Below, one piece after another: positions 42,445-51,870 of a DNA stretch of 64,000 nt (positions are counted from its first letter, which is position 1; the number at the start of each line of letters is the position of its first letter). The notes below the pieces were generated by a model that made no database searches, was not told the DNA's origin, and saw only the letters and a list, made by a program, of their open reading frames with translations. A program made the position numbers and the translations under genes. Location: positions 122,912-186,911 of the forward strand of contig BTUM01000005.1 of the NCBI GenBank assembly GCA_045863235.1, given 5' to 3'. Source of the DNA: Candidatus Xenobia bacterium (GTDB lineage Bacteria; Vulcanimicrobiota; Xenobia; Xenobiales; QWHO01).

Positions 42445-45012
42445 ATGCGAACGCTCGTCTGGGTTTTCCTGTTGGGGGCTACACTCTTGCTTGGCTGCGG
42501 AGAACAGGGCGGCCAGGCTGGGGGCGGCCAGGTCGTTGCTCCCCAGCCGACCACGGCCGACCTGAAGGTGATCCTCGATCTCGCTGGAGCCAGTGCAGTC
42601 CCACCCCAGGTCGGCTTCCCCGAGAGCGCCGCGAGCTTCGTGCTCGAGGTGGAGGACCCGGTGGCGGGAGGAGTGCTGGCCGGACCGGTGACCCTCGAGC
42701 GTCAGGCGGGCCAGGCTCGCCTGGAGCAGTTCTTCCCCGATCTGCCCGTCGGTCCGCTGCGGTTGCTGGTGACCACCCTGGACCCCCGGGGAGCCCGGCT
42801 GGGCCTGTCGGACCAGATCTTCAACCTGGCCGCGCCGGAGAGCCAGGCCACCATCTCCTCTTTGTTCATGCCCGGACCTACCCGGGAGATCGGGCTGATC
42901 AGCATCGGCCAGCAGGGGGTCAATGGCCCCAGCCGTCAGCCGGCCATCAGCAGCGACGGGCGTTTCGTGGCCTTCAGCTCCTCGGCCACCAACCTCCTCT
43001 CCACGCTCAGCACTGGCACCCCCGTCAACCGCATCTACGTGCGCGACCGCCTGACCGGCGTGGTCCGGCTCGGATCGCTGGTAAGCCCGACTTCCCAGAT
43101 CGGCGGTATTACGGACGGCACCTCGAACACGCTGCTCTTTTCCGAGACCAGCCCTCTGAACGGCTCCACTGCGGACGGAACCTCCAACACTCTGCTCTTC
43201 ACCGAGGTCACCGGGGGGGACCAGAAACCCGACCTGTCCGGGGACGGGCGCTTCGTGGTCTACGAGCGTCAGGTCGACCTTCGCAGCGGCACCGAGATCC
43301 ACATGCGCGATACCCGGGGGCGCCTGGCCAACAAGCTTACTCCTGCGACCATCGTGGTTGGAACGCAAACACTGACCATCGCCTCCGGATCCGATCCCCG
43401 CATCTCCGAGGACGGTCGCTTCGTGGTCTACACCGCGCGAATCACGGGCCAGCGCGACCAGATCGTTCTCTATGATCGCTTCAGCAACACCACGGTCCTG
43501 GCCACCGGCACGCTGTCGGCCGTGACTTGCAGCCGTCCGGTGATGACGCCCGACGCAGGGCAGATCTTCTTCTTCTCGGGTCAATTCTCCAGCGGTTTCG
43601 AGTTGCTGGTCCACAACCGCGCTGCCGCCACGACCACCCGCATCGGCCCCCTGTCCACCGAGAATGTCCCCTGCGCGGTCTCGCGAGACGGCAACCTGGT
43701 CGCGGTCAACTCCAGCCGGCGCCTGCTCTTGATCGACCGCACCCAGGGCACCACCACCGAACTCCCGCGTCCGGATGCCCTGGCCATCGAGGGAGCCCCC
43801 TCCCTGTCTGCGGACGGCCGATTCGTGACCTTCTGCTCGAGCCGGCCCGACCTGGTGTCCAACGACCTGAACGCTCGCAGGGATGCGTTCGTGCTCGACC
43901 GGTCCAACGGGGTCATCAGCCGCCTCAACGTGTCCAACGACGGCACGGCGGTAGAAGGCGGGGTGGAGCTCTCCGGACCGCCCGTCATCGCCCGCGACGG
44001 CTCGCGCATCGCCTTCGCCAGCGACGACACCCTGCTCGTCCCCAACGACAACAACAATGCCACCGACATCTTCAGCGCCGTCAACCCGACGACCGGTCGT
44101 CTCTACCTGGCCCAGCCCTCCTCCATCATGCGCTTCGACAACCTGGTGACGGCCCGGGAGACTCTGACGCCGGCCGCCACCATCACCAGCCCGTCGCTCG
44201 GACCGGCGACTGCCGATCTCTTCCTGGATACCCTCAATGACCGGTTGTATGTGGCTACGGGTCCCGGCGCGGTGGTGGATCGGGTGCTGGTTTTCGATCA
44301 GGCCAGCACGCTGAACGGCTCGGTGACCCCTGCCCTGGAGGTGGCTCTGCCGGTCCAGGGCCGCGGGCTTTTCCTGGATGCAGGCCGAGATACGGTCTTT
44401 CTGGGCAATACCATCCGTCGCAACATCTCGAGCACTCTCACGCTGAGTGGAAGCTCCGACGTGACCACGCTCCCCATCACCCCGACGGCGCTGCACGTGG
44501 ATACCCGACGGGCCGAGCTTTATGCGGCCAGTTTTCCCGGGCAGGTGGAGGTCTTTGCAGTCCAGGAGACCCCGGTTCGGGTTCGATTCCTGGACACGCT
44601 GGCCAACAGCATCGTGCGGGGCCTGGCGCTGGACATCTCTCCGGCTGGCATTTTGGGAGTTAACCGGGCCAACCTGATGGTGCAGGCCGACGGGAACCGG
44701 GCGGCGGGAACGGTGCCTCCCAACCAGCTGAACCGCCTGGCGCGCTTCTCCGGCAATGGCAGCGACCCCAACCAGGCTTTTGCTCTGGTCAACCTGCTGG
44801 CCGGCACCCGGACCCGCTTCGGAACCCCGCCCGCGACGATCGCACGCGGCACGGGCCCGCTGCAGCTCGATGTCTTCACCGGCACGGCCTATTCGGCCGA
44901 TTTTGCCCGGGTGCTGGTCTTTCCGGTCTCCGCCAATGGAGACGTGCTTCCCAGCCGGATCCTGCGTCCGGGATTCGGCCCTCGCGGGATGGCCATCGAC
45001 CGAACCCGGTAG
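42445..45012 (+). CDS. PD40/TolB-like beta-propeller lipoprotein with tandem DGTSNTLLF motifs
   Basis: Lipoprotein signal MRTLVWVFLLGATLLLGCG. Repeated PD40-like blades (ISSDGRFVAFSS, LSGDGRFVVYER, ISEDGRFVVYTA, LSADGRFVTFCS, IARDGSRIAFAS). Tandem ITDGTSNTLLFSET / TADGTSNTLLFTEV. Confidence 0.8.
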   Translation: MRTLVWVFLLGATLLLGCGEQGGQAGGGQVVAPQPTTADLKVILDLAGASAVPPQVGFPESAASFVLEVEDPVAGGVLAGPVTLERQAGQARLEQFFPDLPVGPLRLLVTTLDPRGARLGLSDQIFNLAAPESQATISSLFMPGPTREIGLISIGQQGVNGPSRQPAISSDGRFVAFSSSATNLLSTLSTGTPVNRIYVRDRLTGVVRLGSLVSPTSQIGGITDGTSNTLLFSETSPLNGSTADGTSNTLLFTEVTGGDQKPDLSGDGRFVVYERQVDLRSGTEIHMRDTRGRLANKLTPATIVVGTQTLTIASGSDPRISEDGRFVVYTARITGQRDQIVLYDRFSNTTVLATGTLSAVTCSRPVMTPDAGQIFFFSGQFSSGFELLVHNRAAATTTRIGPLSTENVPCAVSRDGNLVAVNSSRRLLLIDRTQGTTTELPRPDALAIEGAPSLSADGRFVTFCSSRPDLVSNDLNARRDAFVLDRSNGVISRLNVSNDGTAVEGGVELSGPPVIARDGSRIAFASDDTLLVPNDNNNATDIFSAVNPTTGRLYLAQPSSIMRFDNLVTARETLTPAATITSPSLGPATADLFLDTLNDRLYVATGPGAVVDRVLVFDQASTLNGSVTPALEVALPVQGRGLFLDAGRDTVFLGNTIRRNISSTLTLSGSSDVTTLPITPTALHVDTRRAELYAASFPGQVEVFAVQETPVRVRFLDTLANSIVRGLALDISPAGILGVNRANLMVQADGNRAAGTVPPNQLNRLARFSGNGSDPNQAFALVNLLAGTRTRFGTPPATIARGTGPLQLDVFTGTAYSADFARVLVFPVSANGDVLPSRILRPGFGPRGMAIDRTR

Positions 45013-45087
45013 CCCTGAAAAGCGCAAAGCCTTTTGGTCTTGGACTCTAACAGCGGCGGATGGGTGCGAGACCAATAGGCGAGCACA

Positions 45088-47190
45088 TTAGAATGGCTTC
45101 TTAACTAGCAGCTCCACATTGCGATCATTGGGATTGCCGATCTGGAACCCCAGCCCGCCCGGCTCGTTCTTGGTGGCCGGTTGGTCGAGGATCTGCGGGT
45201 CGTTGGCCGAGAGCTCACGGCTGATGGAGGCCAGGCTGAGAGGGTCGCCCGGGGCGCCGGTCTCGGGCGGGGCGGCCGTGTCCACCAGGGTCGCGAAGAT
45301 CGAGAGGGTGCCGTCCTGGTTGTCCACCAGCTCGACGATGCGGGCCTGCTGGGGGAAGTCGATCAGCGAGGGGCTGTTGACCTCCCAGAAGCCGCCCGTG
45401 CGGGCGGTCGGGTCCGGGTGGGGGAAGATACGGCAGTAGTGGGTGTGGCCGTTCAGCCAGGCCACAACGTTGGGATAGCGATGCAAGACCTGCTCGAACT
45501 GGCCGCCCAGCATGCGGATCTGGCCAGGGTTTTCGGGGTCGGGCAGCGCGTTGTCCATGGTCTCGATGCTGTGGTGGCTGAACAAGATGACCAGCTTGTC
45601 CTGGTTGCCTGTCTGGATCAGATTGCCGTTGGCGTCGTAGTAGCGACTGGAAACCTGCTGGATCTGCTGCTCCATCCAGGCCACCTGCTGCACGTCGATG
45701 GAGCCGTTGTTCTCGCCTCCCGGGTTGGTGGTATCCAGCGTCAGCCCGAGAATGCCGGGGGCCGGCTCGAAGGCGTAGTACATGTTGCCCGTCTGCAGGT
45801 TCTGAGCCGTGAACCCGTGCCCGACCGGTCCCGGTACGGCCGGCGTGTCCAGATGCGCCTGGATGAACTCGGTCCTCTGCAGGAGGTGTCGGGTAGGATC
45901 GGCGGTCACCTGCCGCGAGGGCGTGCTGGCCGCGGTCCAGTGACCGATGAAGGCGGGCCAGTCGTGGACCGAGTTGATGCCCAGCGGATCGAGGAACTCG
46001 GCCAGGAACAGGTCCACGCCGGAGCCTGTCTTGATTTTCTCGAGCAGTTGGAAGACTTGCGGCAGAGCCAGAATCTTGGTGGTGCTGGTGGCGATCTGGT
46101 TGAGCGCCATCTGCGGATTGAGATTGACCTTCTCGGGAAAGTTCCCCTGCAGGAGGTGGTCGTGGTTGCCGTATGCGCTGTAATAGGGAGTCTTCAACCC
46201 TTCAGCCTGGAAGGTCTGCACCGCGGCGGCCAGCAGGCCGGGGTAGTTGGGAAAGCCATAAGTCTGCTTGTACTGGTCCTGGGGGCCAGGCTCGGGGTGC
46301 CAGTATTCGGCCAGGAAGGGCTGGCTGTTGTCCTGGACCCCCTCGTAGAGATCCGGGTTTCCGGTCGATGGGGTGATCTGGCCCCCGTCGAGCAGGGTCA
46401 GGAAGCGCTCGAGCTCGGACTGGTGGCGGTTGTCGCCGTTGTCCCCGGTGAAGACGGCACAGTCGTACGGCCGACCGGTGGTCGGTCCGGCTCCGATGGA
46501 GTTGATCTGGCGGATCATCGCCTCGGTCACGAAGACCGTCAGCATCTCCTGGGGCCGCCAGGCAGCCTGGAACTCGGTCTTGGGCAAAAACGCGCCCACC
46601 AGGTTGCGCAGGAACTCGATGCGCAGGGGGCTCTCCTCGTCGATGATGTGGACGTCGGAGAAGTGAGGCATGCAGAGCAGGGAAACCCGCCGAGTCTCGC
46701 GATCGGGCTGAGCGGTGGCGCCAAGATCGGTGCGCACGACCTGGGTCCAGGCGGGGCCATAGGTGAGGGTCTTGTACTGCCCCGTGCCGGTGGTGACGAT
46801 GCTCCGATCGAGCGTGGTCGTGCCGACGAGGAGCAGGATCTCGGGATCGTCGATGCGGGTCACCTGATCGGGCTGTAGGCTGACGTCCTGCTCGTGCGTG
46901 CCCACCACCTGATCGCCGTCGAGGTACTCGATCCGGATTCGGTTGACGATGGTGGGCACGAGGACCCGGACCTGAGTGGCCTTGGGAAGGACGACCGGTC
47001 CGAAGACCGACTGGCCGACCTGAAATCCGGTGATGCGGAAGTCGCTCACCCGGTTGATGACGCCTCGGAACAGTGTGTGGTTGAGCTCGATGGTCGAGGT
47101 GGGCCCCCCGATGGCGGCGGGAACATCGTTTGAGCCGCCGCAGGCGGTGAAGATCAGGGTCAAAAGCAAGAGGAGAGCGAGGCGCTTCAA
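45088..47190 (-). CDS. Calcineurin-like metallophosphoesterase lipoprotein
   Basis: Motifs FTGDNGDNRH, YSAYGNHDH, NGHTHY. Start placed at TTG 47190 with RBS GGAAGGAGA-N7, giving MKRLALLLLLTLIFTACGG (lipobox). The track ORF start at 47520 is upstream read-through. Confidence 0.8.
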   Translation of the reverse strand: MKRLALLLLLTLIFTACGGSNDVPAAIGGPTSTIELNHTLFRGVINRVSDFRITGFQVGQSVFGPVVLPKATQVRVLVPTIVNRIRIEYLDGDQVVGTHEQDVSLQPDQVTRIDDPEILLLVGTTTLDRSIVTTGTGQYKTLTYGPAWTQVVRTDLGATAQPDRETRRVSLLCMPHFSDVHIIDEESPLRIEFLRNLVGAFLPKTEFQAAWRPQEMLTVFVTEAMIRQINSIGAGPTTGRPYDCAVFTGDNGDNRHQSELERFLTLLDGGQITPSTGNPDLYEGVQDNSQPFLAEYWHPEPGPQDQYKQTYGFPNYPGLLAAAVQTFQAEGLKTPYYSAYGNHDHLLQGNFPEKVNLNPQMALNQIATSTTKILALPQVFQLLEKIKTGSGVDLFLAEFLDPLGINSVHDWPAFIGHWTAASTPSRQVTADPTRHLLQRTEFIQAHLDTPAVPGPVGHGFTAQNLQTGNMYYAFEPAPGILGLTLDTTNPGGENNGSIDVQQVAWMEQQIQQVSSRYYDANGNLIQTGNQDKLVILFSHHSIETMDNALPDPENPGQIRMLGGQFEQVLHRYPNVVAWLNGHTHYCRIFPHPDPTARTGGFWEVNSPSLIDFPQQARIVELVDNQDGTLSIFATLVDTAAPPETGAPGDPLSLASISRELSANDPQILDQPATKNEPGGLGFQIGNPNDRNVELLVKKPF

Positions 47191-47523
47191 GAGAGAATCT
47201 CCTTCCGAGAGTGGGCATGCTTTCAGCGGGGACAGCAAGGGCTGACGAGTTTGGAATGCGGCGCGACGAGTCCTTCTTTCCCGAGATGCGGACTGGTAGG
47301 TTCCAGGTTCCCCGGTCCAGCACCAACACCCGGGTAAGACTCGTCGGTTCGCAGCTCTCCAGACCGCACCTGGACCCATCCTACTGCGGACAGACAGGGC
47401 CTGGGAGACAAGGGACGTGGGATTGACGACCTCCGTCATCTGCTGACTGACCAGGGGTTGACTTGATCCGATCGCTTGACACGGGTGCGAAATTCGGCCA
47501 CAAAGGTCTTGCGAGCACAATCG

Positions 47524-47913
47524 ATGAGCTTTCGGCGAAGAACCTGCTCGGGGGGAACCTGGCAGTGGCTGACCCTGCTCTTGTGGCTCGTTTTGTGCTC
47601 TCCGGGCCTGGCCGAGGACGACTTCTGTGGCCGACCCATCTGTTGCTCAGGTTGCGCCCAGGGCTGCTGTACGGGCGGGGTCTGTGGCGGGGCTGGAACC
47701 ACTGGTTGCCCGGACAACGCGGGCGTCAGCGGACGCTGCCAGCCTCTTGTGACCGAGCTTCCCGTCAGTTCCACCACCCGGCCGCCTGAGCTGGCCATCG
47801 CCCTCCCTTCGATGGCCCTGGCGCGTCAGCCCGATCCAGCTTTGTCGCTTCCCTTCGAGGCTCAATGGCCGCTCCGGCTGCTCGAGCCACCACCGGTCCC
47901 ACCTCCACGCTAG
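47524..47913 (+). CDS. Small secreted Cys-rich protein (hypothetical; possible metal-binding)
   Basis: ATG 47524 gives MSFRRRTCSGGTWQWLTLLLWLVLCSPGLA (signal-like), then CGRPICCSGCAQGCCTGGVCGGAGTTGCPDNAGVSGRC. The opposing ORF is low-complexity. Confidence 0.45.
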   Translation: MSFRRRTCSGGTWQWLTLLLWLVLCSPGLAEDDFCGRPICCSGCAQGCCTGGVCGGAGTTGCPDNAGVSGRCQPLVTELPVSSTTRPPELAIALPSMALARQPDPALSLPFEAQWPLRLLEPPPVPPPR

Positions 47914-47961
47914 AGCGACTCCGGCGCCCGCTCTCAGCACAAATTATGAGGAGGAGATCCA

Positions 47962-49056
47962 ATGAACCCCAGAACCAGGGGGCAAGCCTGGCTTGTCCTG
48001 TTGCTCCTTTGTTGTCTCTCGCTCCCGGCGCCGGCCGGCGAATGCGATTGCTCCGCCTGCCCCACCGAGGAGAATCCCACCACCGGGACCTGGACCCTGA
48101 CCATCGGCTACGACCACATGGACATGGGGACCCTGCTGCAAGGCTCCACCCGGGTCAGCCCCACTCAGGCAGCCCTGGACGGACTGGCGGCCAACGGCTC
48201 GCCCATGTTCGTGGTGCCCACCTCCATGCTCATGGAGCGCTTTGTCCTGCGGGCGCGCTACGCCCTGGACGAGCGCCAGAGCATCGGTCTGTCCCTGCCC
48301 CAGGTGCTCAACCAGATGGACATGCTGATGGTGATGGCCCCGATGCCCGCGGTCGGTCCGGGAATGGGCATGCCCGGAATGGGAATGCCCATGCCGGCCG
48401 CGGGTCCTACCTTCCGCTCGATGACGATGGACCCGATCAACCAACTGGGCGACATCGTGCTGCATTACTCCTACGACGTGATCGATGAGTCCGACGCTCG
48501 CCTGACGCTGGGAGTGGGCTTGAAGACCCCCACGGGCGATTCTCAGGTGCGCGACCCCAACGGGCGCTTGATTCACGCCATGATGCAGCCGGGCAGCGGG
48601 TCGTGGGACGCGGTGCTGACCGCCAGTGGACGCGTGGAGCTCGACGAGACCTGGGCCATCGAGCCCGCTCTGAGCTACCAGCTCACCAGTCGCAATGAGC
48701 TCGGCTACCGTTTCGGTAACCGATTCGGCTACGATCTGGGACTGCGCTGCCGGGTGCTCGAGCCCCTCACGCTGAGGCTCGACCTCAACGGTGTGGTGAC
48801 GGGTCGTGACAGCACCGACGGCACGCTCGACCCGGGGACCGGCACGGTCGCCTACCAGCGACCCGCCACTTCGCTCATCGACAACGTGCAGAACACCGGG
48901 CTCAGCACGCTCTACCTCTCGCCTGGTCTCACCTGGCGGATCGTGGACGAGGTCGGGGTGACGGTGCAGCACCGGATCCCCATCGCCCGCTCGGTCAACG
49001 GCACCCAGCTGGTGACCGACGGCTGGACCCAGATCCAGCTGAGCGGCAGCTTCTGA
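47962..49056 (+). CDS. Outer-membrane beta-barrel protein with Met-rich (MxM/MGMPGMGMPMP) segment; candidate metal (Cu) channel
   Basis: Signal peptide MNPRTRGQAWLVLLLLCCLSLPAPAG followed by ECDCSACP. Alternating beta-strand pattern with a terminal Phe (…QLSGSF). Met-rich insert MDMLMVMAPMPAVGPGMGMPGMGMPMPAAGP. Confidence 0.75.
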   Translation: MNPRTRGQAWLVLLLLCCLSLPAPAGECDCSACPTEENPTTGTWTLTIGYDHMDMGTLLQGSTRVSPTQAALDGLAANGSPMFVVPTSMLMERFVLRARYALDERQSIGLSLPQVLNQMDMLMVMAPMPAVGPGMGMPGMGMPMPAAGPTFRSMTMDPINQLGDIVLHYSYDVIDESDARLTLGVGLKTPTGDSQVRDPNGRLIHAMMQPGSGSWDAVLTASGRVELDETWAIEPALSYQLTSRNELGYRFGNRFGYDLGLRCRVLEPLTLRLDLNGVVTGRDSTDGTLDPGTGTVAYQRPATSLIDNVQNTGLSTLYLSPGLTWRIVDEVGVTVQHRIPIARSVNGTQLVTDGWTQIQLSGSF

Positions 49057-49062
49057 GGCGCC

Positions 49063-50103
49063 TCAGGCTGCCGCAGCCAGCCGCCAGCCGATGGGATCCT
49101 CCGGGTCCACGCCCTCAACGAAGGGGCGGTGACGCTCGAGGTGGGTGAGCTGGTAGACCAGACCCAGCCAGTTGTTGAAAACGGCCTTGCCGGTATCGCC
49201 CCAGGTGTTGTCCAGCAAGTCTTCCAGCTCGGCTTCGGGAAAGGTCTCCAGCTCACCCCGTCGGTAGCGCTCCGCCAGGGCCTCGGCCCCCGGGGGGAAG
49301 TAACCTTCCGGAAAGGGAGGCGGATGCGCCAGCTCGCCCGCCAGGTAGCGCAGCACCTCGCGCTTGTATTCCTTGAGCAGGCTGTTGAGGTCATACTCGG
49401 GATGGCCCTGCGAGTAGACGACGCGCAGACCGTCCGGGCTGACGGCCAGGTGCACCTCGTCGTGGTCGTCCAGGATTAGCGGCGTCACCCCGCACTGGCG
49501 CAGCCGCTCGGCGCTGACCGTGTTCCAGCGAGAGTGGGGCACGTCGAAGCGCGTGTTGATGTCGTGCAGCAAGGGGTGCTGCAGGCGTGCCTTGCGGTGG
49601 CGATAGACGCCCCAGCGCTTGGCAGGCAGCGGTTGGCGACGGATGCCGTAGAGGTGCTCGAGCACCGCGTGGCTGGCCAGGCACGAGCACCACACCGAGG
49701 TCACCCGGCGCGTGGCCCAGGCCAGCACCTCCATCAACGGTTCCCAGAAAGGCTCCTGGCGGAGGTCGGGCCGGGTGACGTTGGCCCCGGTCACGATCAG
49801 GGCGTCCAGGCCTTCGCTCTTGAGTTGCTCGAAGCTTCGATAGTGGCGGGCGATGTACTGCTCCGCCTCGGGGCTCCGGGGGAGGCCCGGCAGGCTGAAG
49901 GGGTGCACGTAGAACTGGGCGATCTGGTTGCAGTTTCCCACCAGCTTCAGGAACTGCCGCTCGGTGACCTGGAGGGCAGCGTCCGGCATCATGTTCAGGA
50001 AGCCGATGTGGAGCTCTCGGATGTCCTGGCGGGTGGCCTGCTCCAGCGACAGAGCCCCGGGAAGATTGAGGCTGGGCAGCTCGAGGTGGCGGACCAGCGG
50101 CAT
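49063..50103 (-). CDS. metA: Homoserine O-succinyl/acetyl-transferase MetA
   Basis: 346 aa. N-terminal IRELHIGFLNMMPD and the HTS-family architecture. Immediately downstream of metB with a 1-nt gap. Confidence 0.9.
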   Translation of the reverse strand: MPLVRHLELPSLNLPGALSLEQATRQDIRELHIGFLNMMPDAALQVTERQFLKLVGNCNQIAQFYVHPFSLPGLPRSPEAEQYIARHYRSFEQLKSEGLDALIVTGANVTRPDLRQEPFWEPLMEVLAWATRRVTSVWCSCLASHAVLEHLYGIRRQPLPAKRWGVYRHRKARLQHPLLHDINTRFDVPHSRWNTVSAERLRQCGVTPLILDDHDEVHLAVSPDGLRVVYSQGHPEYDLNSLLKEYKREVLRYLAGELAHPPPFPEGYFPPGAEALAERYRRGELETFPEAELEDLLDNTWGDTGKAVFNNWLGLVYQLTHLERHRPFVEGVDPEDPIGWRLAAAA

Positions 50104-50104
50104 C

Positions 50105-51283
50105 TCAGGCCACCTTTAGCCCGGCGGGCAGGGTGGCCGTGAGGGCAGCCTCGAGGTCAGCCTCGAGGTCCTCGGGGCACTCCAGGCCCACCGACAATCG
50201 CAAGAGCTGGCTGGAGATGCCCGCCGCCAGACGGGCGGCCTCGTCCATGGAGGCGTGGGTCATGCTGGCGGGATGGGCGATCAGGCTTTCCACCCCTCCC
50301 AGCGACTCGGCCAGGCTGAAGAAGCGCAGATTTTCGAGCAGGATGCGAAGCTCCGGCTCGCCGCCGGCCAACTCGAAGCTGATCATGGCCCCGAACCCGC
50401 TCTGCTGCTGGCAGGCCAGGGCGTGGCCCGGGTGGTCGGCCAGGCCCGGGTAGTAGACTTTCTCCACGGCAGGGTGCTGCTGCAAGAACCGGGCCAGCTC
50501 TCTGGCGCTCGTCTCTTGCTGGCGGATCCGCACCGGCAGGGTGCGCAGCCCGCGCAGGGTCTGGTAGCTGTCGAAGGGGGAGCCTGTGTTGCCGATGCAG
50601 TTGGCCCACCAGGCGAAGTCCTGGTGCAACTCAGCCGTGCGCGAGACCAGGGCGCCTCCCACCACGTCGCTGTGGCCATTGAGGTATTTGGTGGTGGAGT
50701 GGACCACCACGTCGGCGCCGAGCTCGAGCGGGCGCTGCAGCACCGGTGAGAGGAATGTGTTGTCGGCCGCAAAGAGCGTGCCGTGGGCCCGACAGAGCCG
50801 GGCCACCGCTCGCAGGTCGGTGAGGCGCAGCAGCGGGTTGCTGGGGGTCTCGACCAGGATCAGGCGGGGAGCCTCCTCGGCGAAGGCCGCCTCCAGGGCG
50901 GCCGGGTCGGTCTGGTTGACCAGCTTGAGGCGGAAGTAGCCTCGCTCGGCTTTGTTGCGCAGCAGCCTGTGAGTGCCTCCATAGCAGTCGTGGGGGGCGA
51001 GCAAGAGGTCGCCGGGCCGCAGCGCGTAGGTGAGAAGATCCAGGGCGGCCATGCCGGAGGAGGTGAGCACCGCTGCGTAGCCGCCCTCGAGCTTGCTGAT
51101 GGCTTCGGCGGTGACGTCGCGGGTGGGGTTGCCGCTGCGGGTGTAATCATACTGGCGTTTGCCCTGATAGCCGTCGAAGGTGTAGTTGCTGGAAAGATAC
51201 AGCGGGGGCATGACGGCTCCGTGGGCGCGATCCTGACCGACTCCGGTGCGGGCGGCGATGGTGCTACAGTTGGGTTCCGGCAT
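50105..51283 (-). CDS. metB: Cystathionine gamma-synthase / O-succinylhomoserine sulfhydrylase (PLP-dependent Cys/Met metabolism family)
   Basis: YTRSGNPTRDVTAEAISKLEGG...STTKYLNGHSDVVGGALV (PLP Lys in TTKYLNGH). RBS GGAGAG-N7-ATG. Confidence 0.9.
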   Translation of the reverse strand: MPEPNCSTIAARTGVGQDRAHGAVMPPLYLSSNYTFDGYQGKRQYDYTRSGNPTRDVTAEAISKLEGGYAAVLTSSGMAALDLLTYALRPGDLLLAPHDCYGGTHRLLRNKAERGYFRLKLVNQTDPAALEAAFAEEAPRLILVETPSNPLLRLTDLRAVARLCRAHGTLFAADNTFLSPVLQRPLELGADVVVHSTTKYLNGHSDVVGGALVSRTAELHQDFAWWANCIGNTGSPFDSYQTLRGLRTLPVRIRQQETSARELARFLQQHPAVEKVYYPGLADHPGHALACQQQSGFGAMISFELAGGEPELRILLENLRFFSLAESLGGVESLIAHPASMTHASMDEAARLAAGISSQLLRLSVGLECPEDLEADLEAALTATLPAGLKVA

Positions 51284-51398
51284 AACGAGCTCTCCTTTTG
51301 TCTGGTCTGGAGAACCATCGCGACCAGCCGGGCGGTTGCGCTTCCAAGAGAGGTCGCGTTGCGACCTGAATTGCGCTGAGCGCCTTCTTCGCGCTCAT

Positions 51399-51515
51399 CG
51401 CCTCATCTCTCGGCGAAACTCGCCGCAGGACTTGGCACCTTAATCCGCTTTGGGCGGAACAGGTTGCCCCAGCTTCACAGGGCCTGAACCCTCGACTGGT
51501 CTTGATGATTGGTTC
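51399..51515 (-). promoter_or_regulatory. SAM-I (S-box) riboswitch aptamer in the metB-metA leader
   Basis: Minus-strand RNA AAUCAUCAAGACCAGUCGAGGGUUCAGGCCCUGUGAAGCUGGGGCAACC...AAGGUGCCAAGUCCUGCGGCGAGUUUCGCCGAGAGAUGAGG matches the S-box consensus blocks (AUCAAGAG, GAGGGA, GGCCC, UGAAGC, GGCAACC, GGUGCCAA.UCCUGC, GAGAGAUGAG, P1 CAUC/GAUG). The downstream platform has hairpins and a CUCUC anti-SD candidate against GGAGAG. Confidence 0.85.
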
Positions 51516-51520
51516 TTCCC

Positions 51521-51549
51521 AGAGTAGGGGAGAAGGGGGCTTTTGTCAA
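51521..51549 (-). promoter_or_regulatory. Candidate promoter TTGACA-N17-TACTCT driving the riboswitch/met operon
   Basis: On the minus strand, TTGACA (51549..51544), a 17-nt spacer, then TACTCT (51526..51521), about 6 nt before the aptamer 5' end. Confidence 0.45.
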
Positions 51550-51870
51550 TACCAGCGCCCGCGGTCGCATCACGAACGGGAGGGATACCTTGACCGACAT
51601 GAACTTTACGAGCGATACTATCGTACCTTCGTTTGTTGTATGCGCTGAAGGAGTGGCGTAAACATTGGGTTCCCGCGGGAATGAAACGGGGTGACCAACA
51701 CCGTTGAGACCCAAATCGGCCGGGTCCGGCGATTTGGTCCCCGTGTGGTCCCCAACCATCGGCCTGCCAGCCGAAGCTGCCCGAGAAGTCTACAACAGAG
51801 TGAAGCCGACCTGCTCTCTTTCTGCCAGTAGCTCGGAGGAGCACTGGCTTCATCTCTTGAAAATTGCCCT

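Noticed and set aside
40075-45075. 1666-aa ORF on the minus strand
   Set aside because: Antisense of subtilase paralog B and the PD40 lipoprotein, both with strong motifs on the plus strand. Composition is Gly/Arg/Ala/His-dominated with no motifs. This is typical open antisense frame in roughly 70% GC DNA.
45181-46878. 565-aa ORF on the plus strand
   Set aside because: Antisense of the metallophosphoesterase gene, which has GDxxDR/GNHD/GHTHY motifs on the minus strand.
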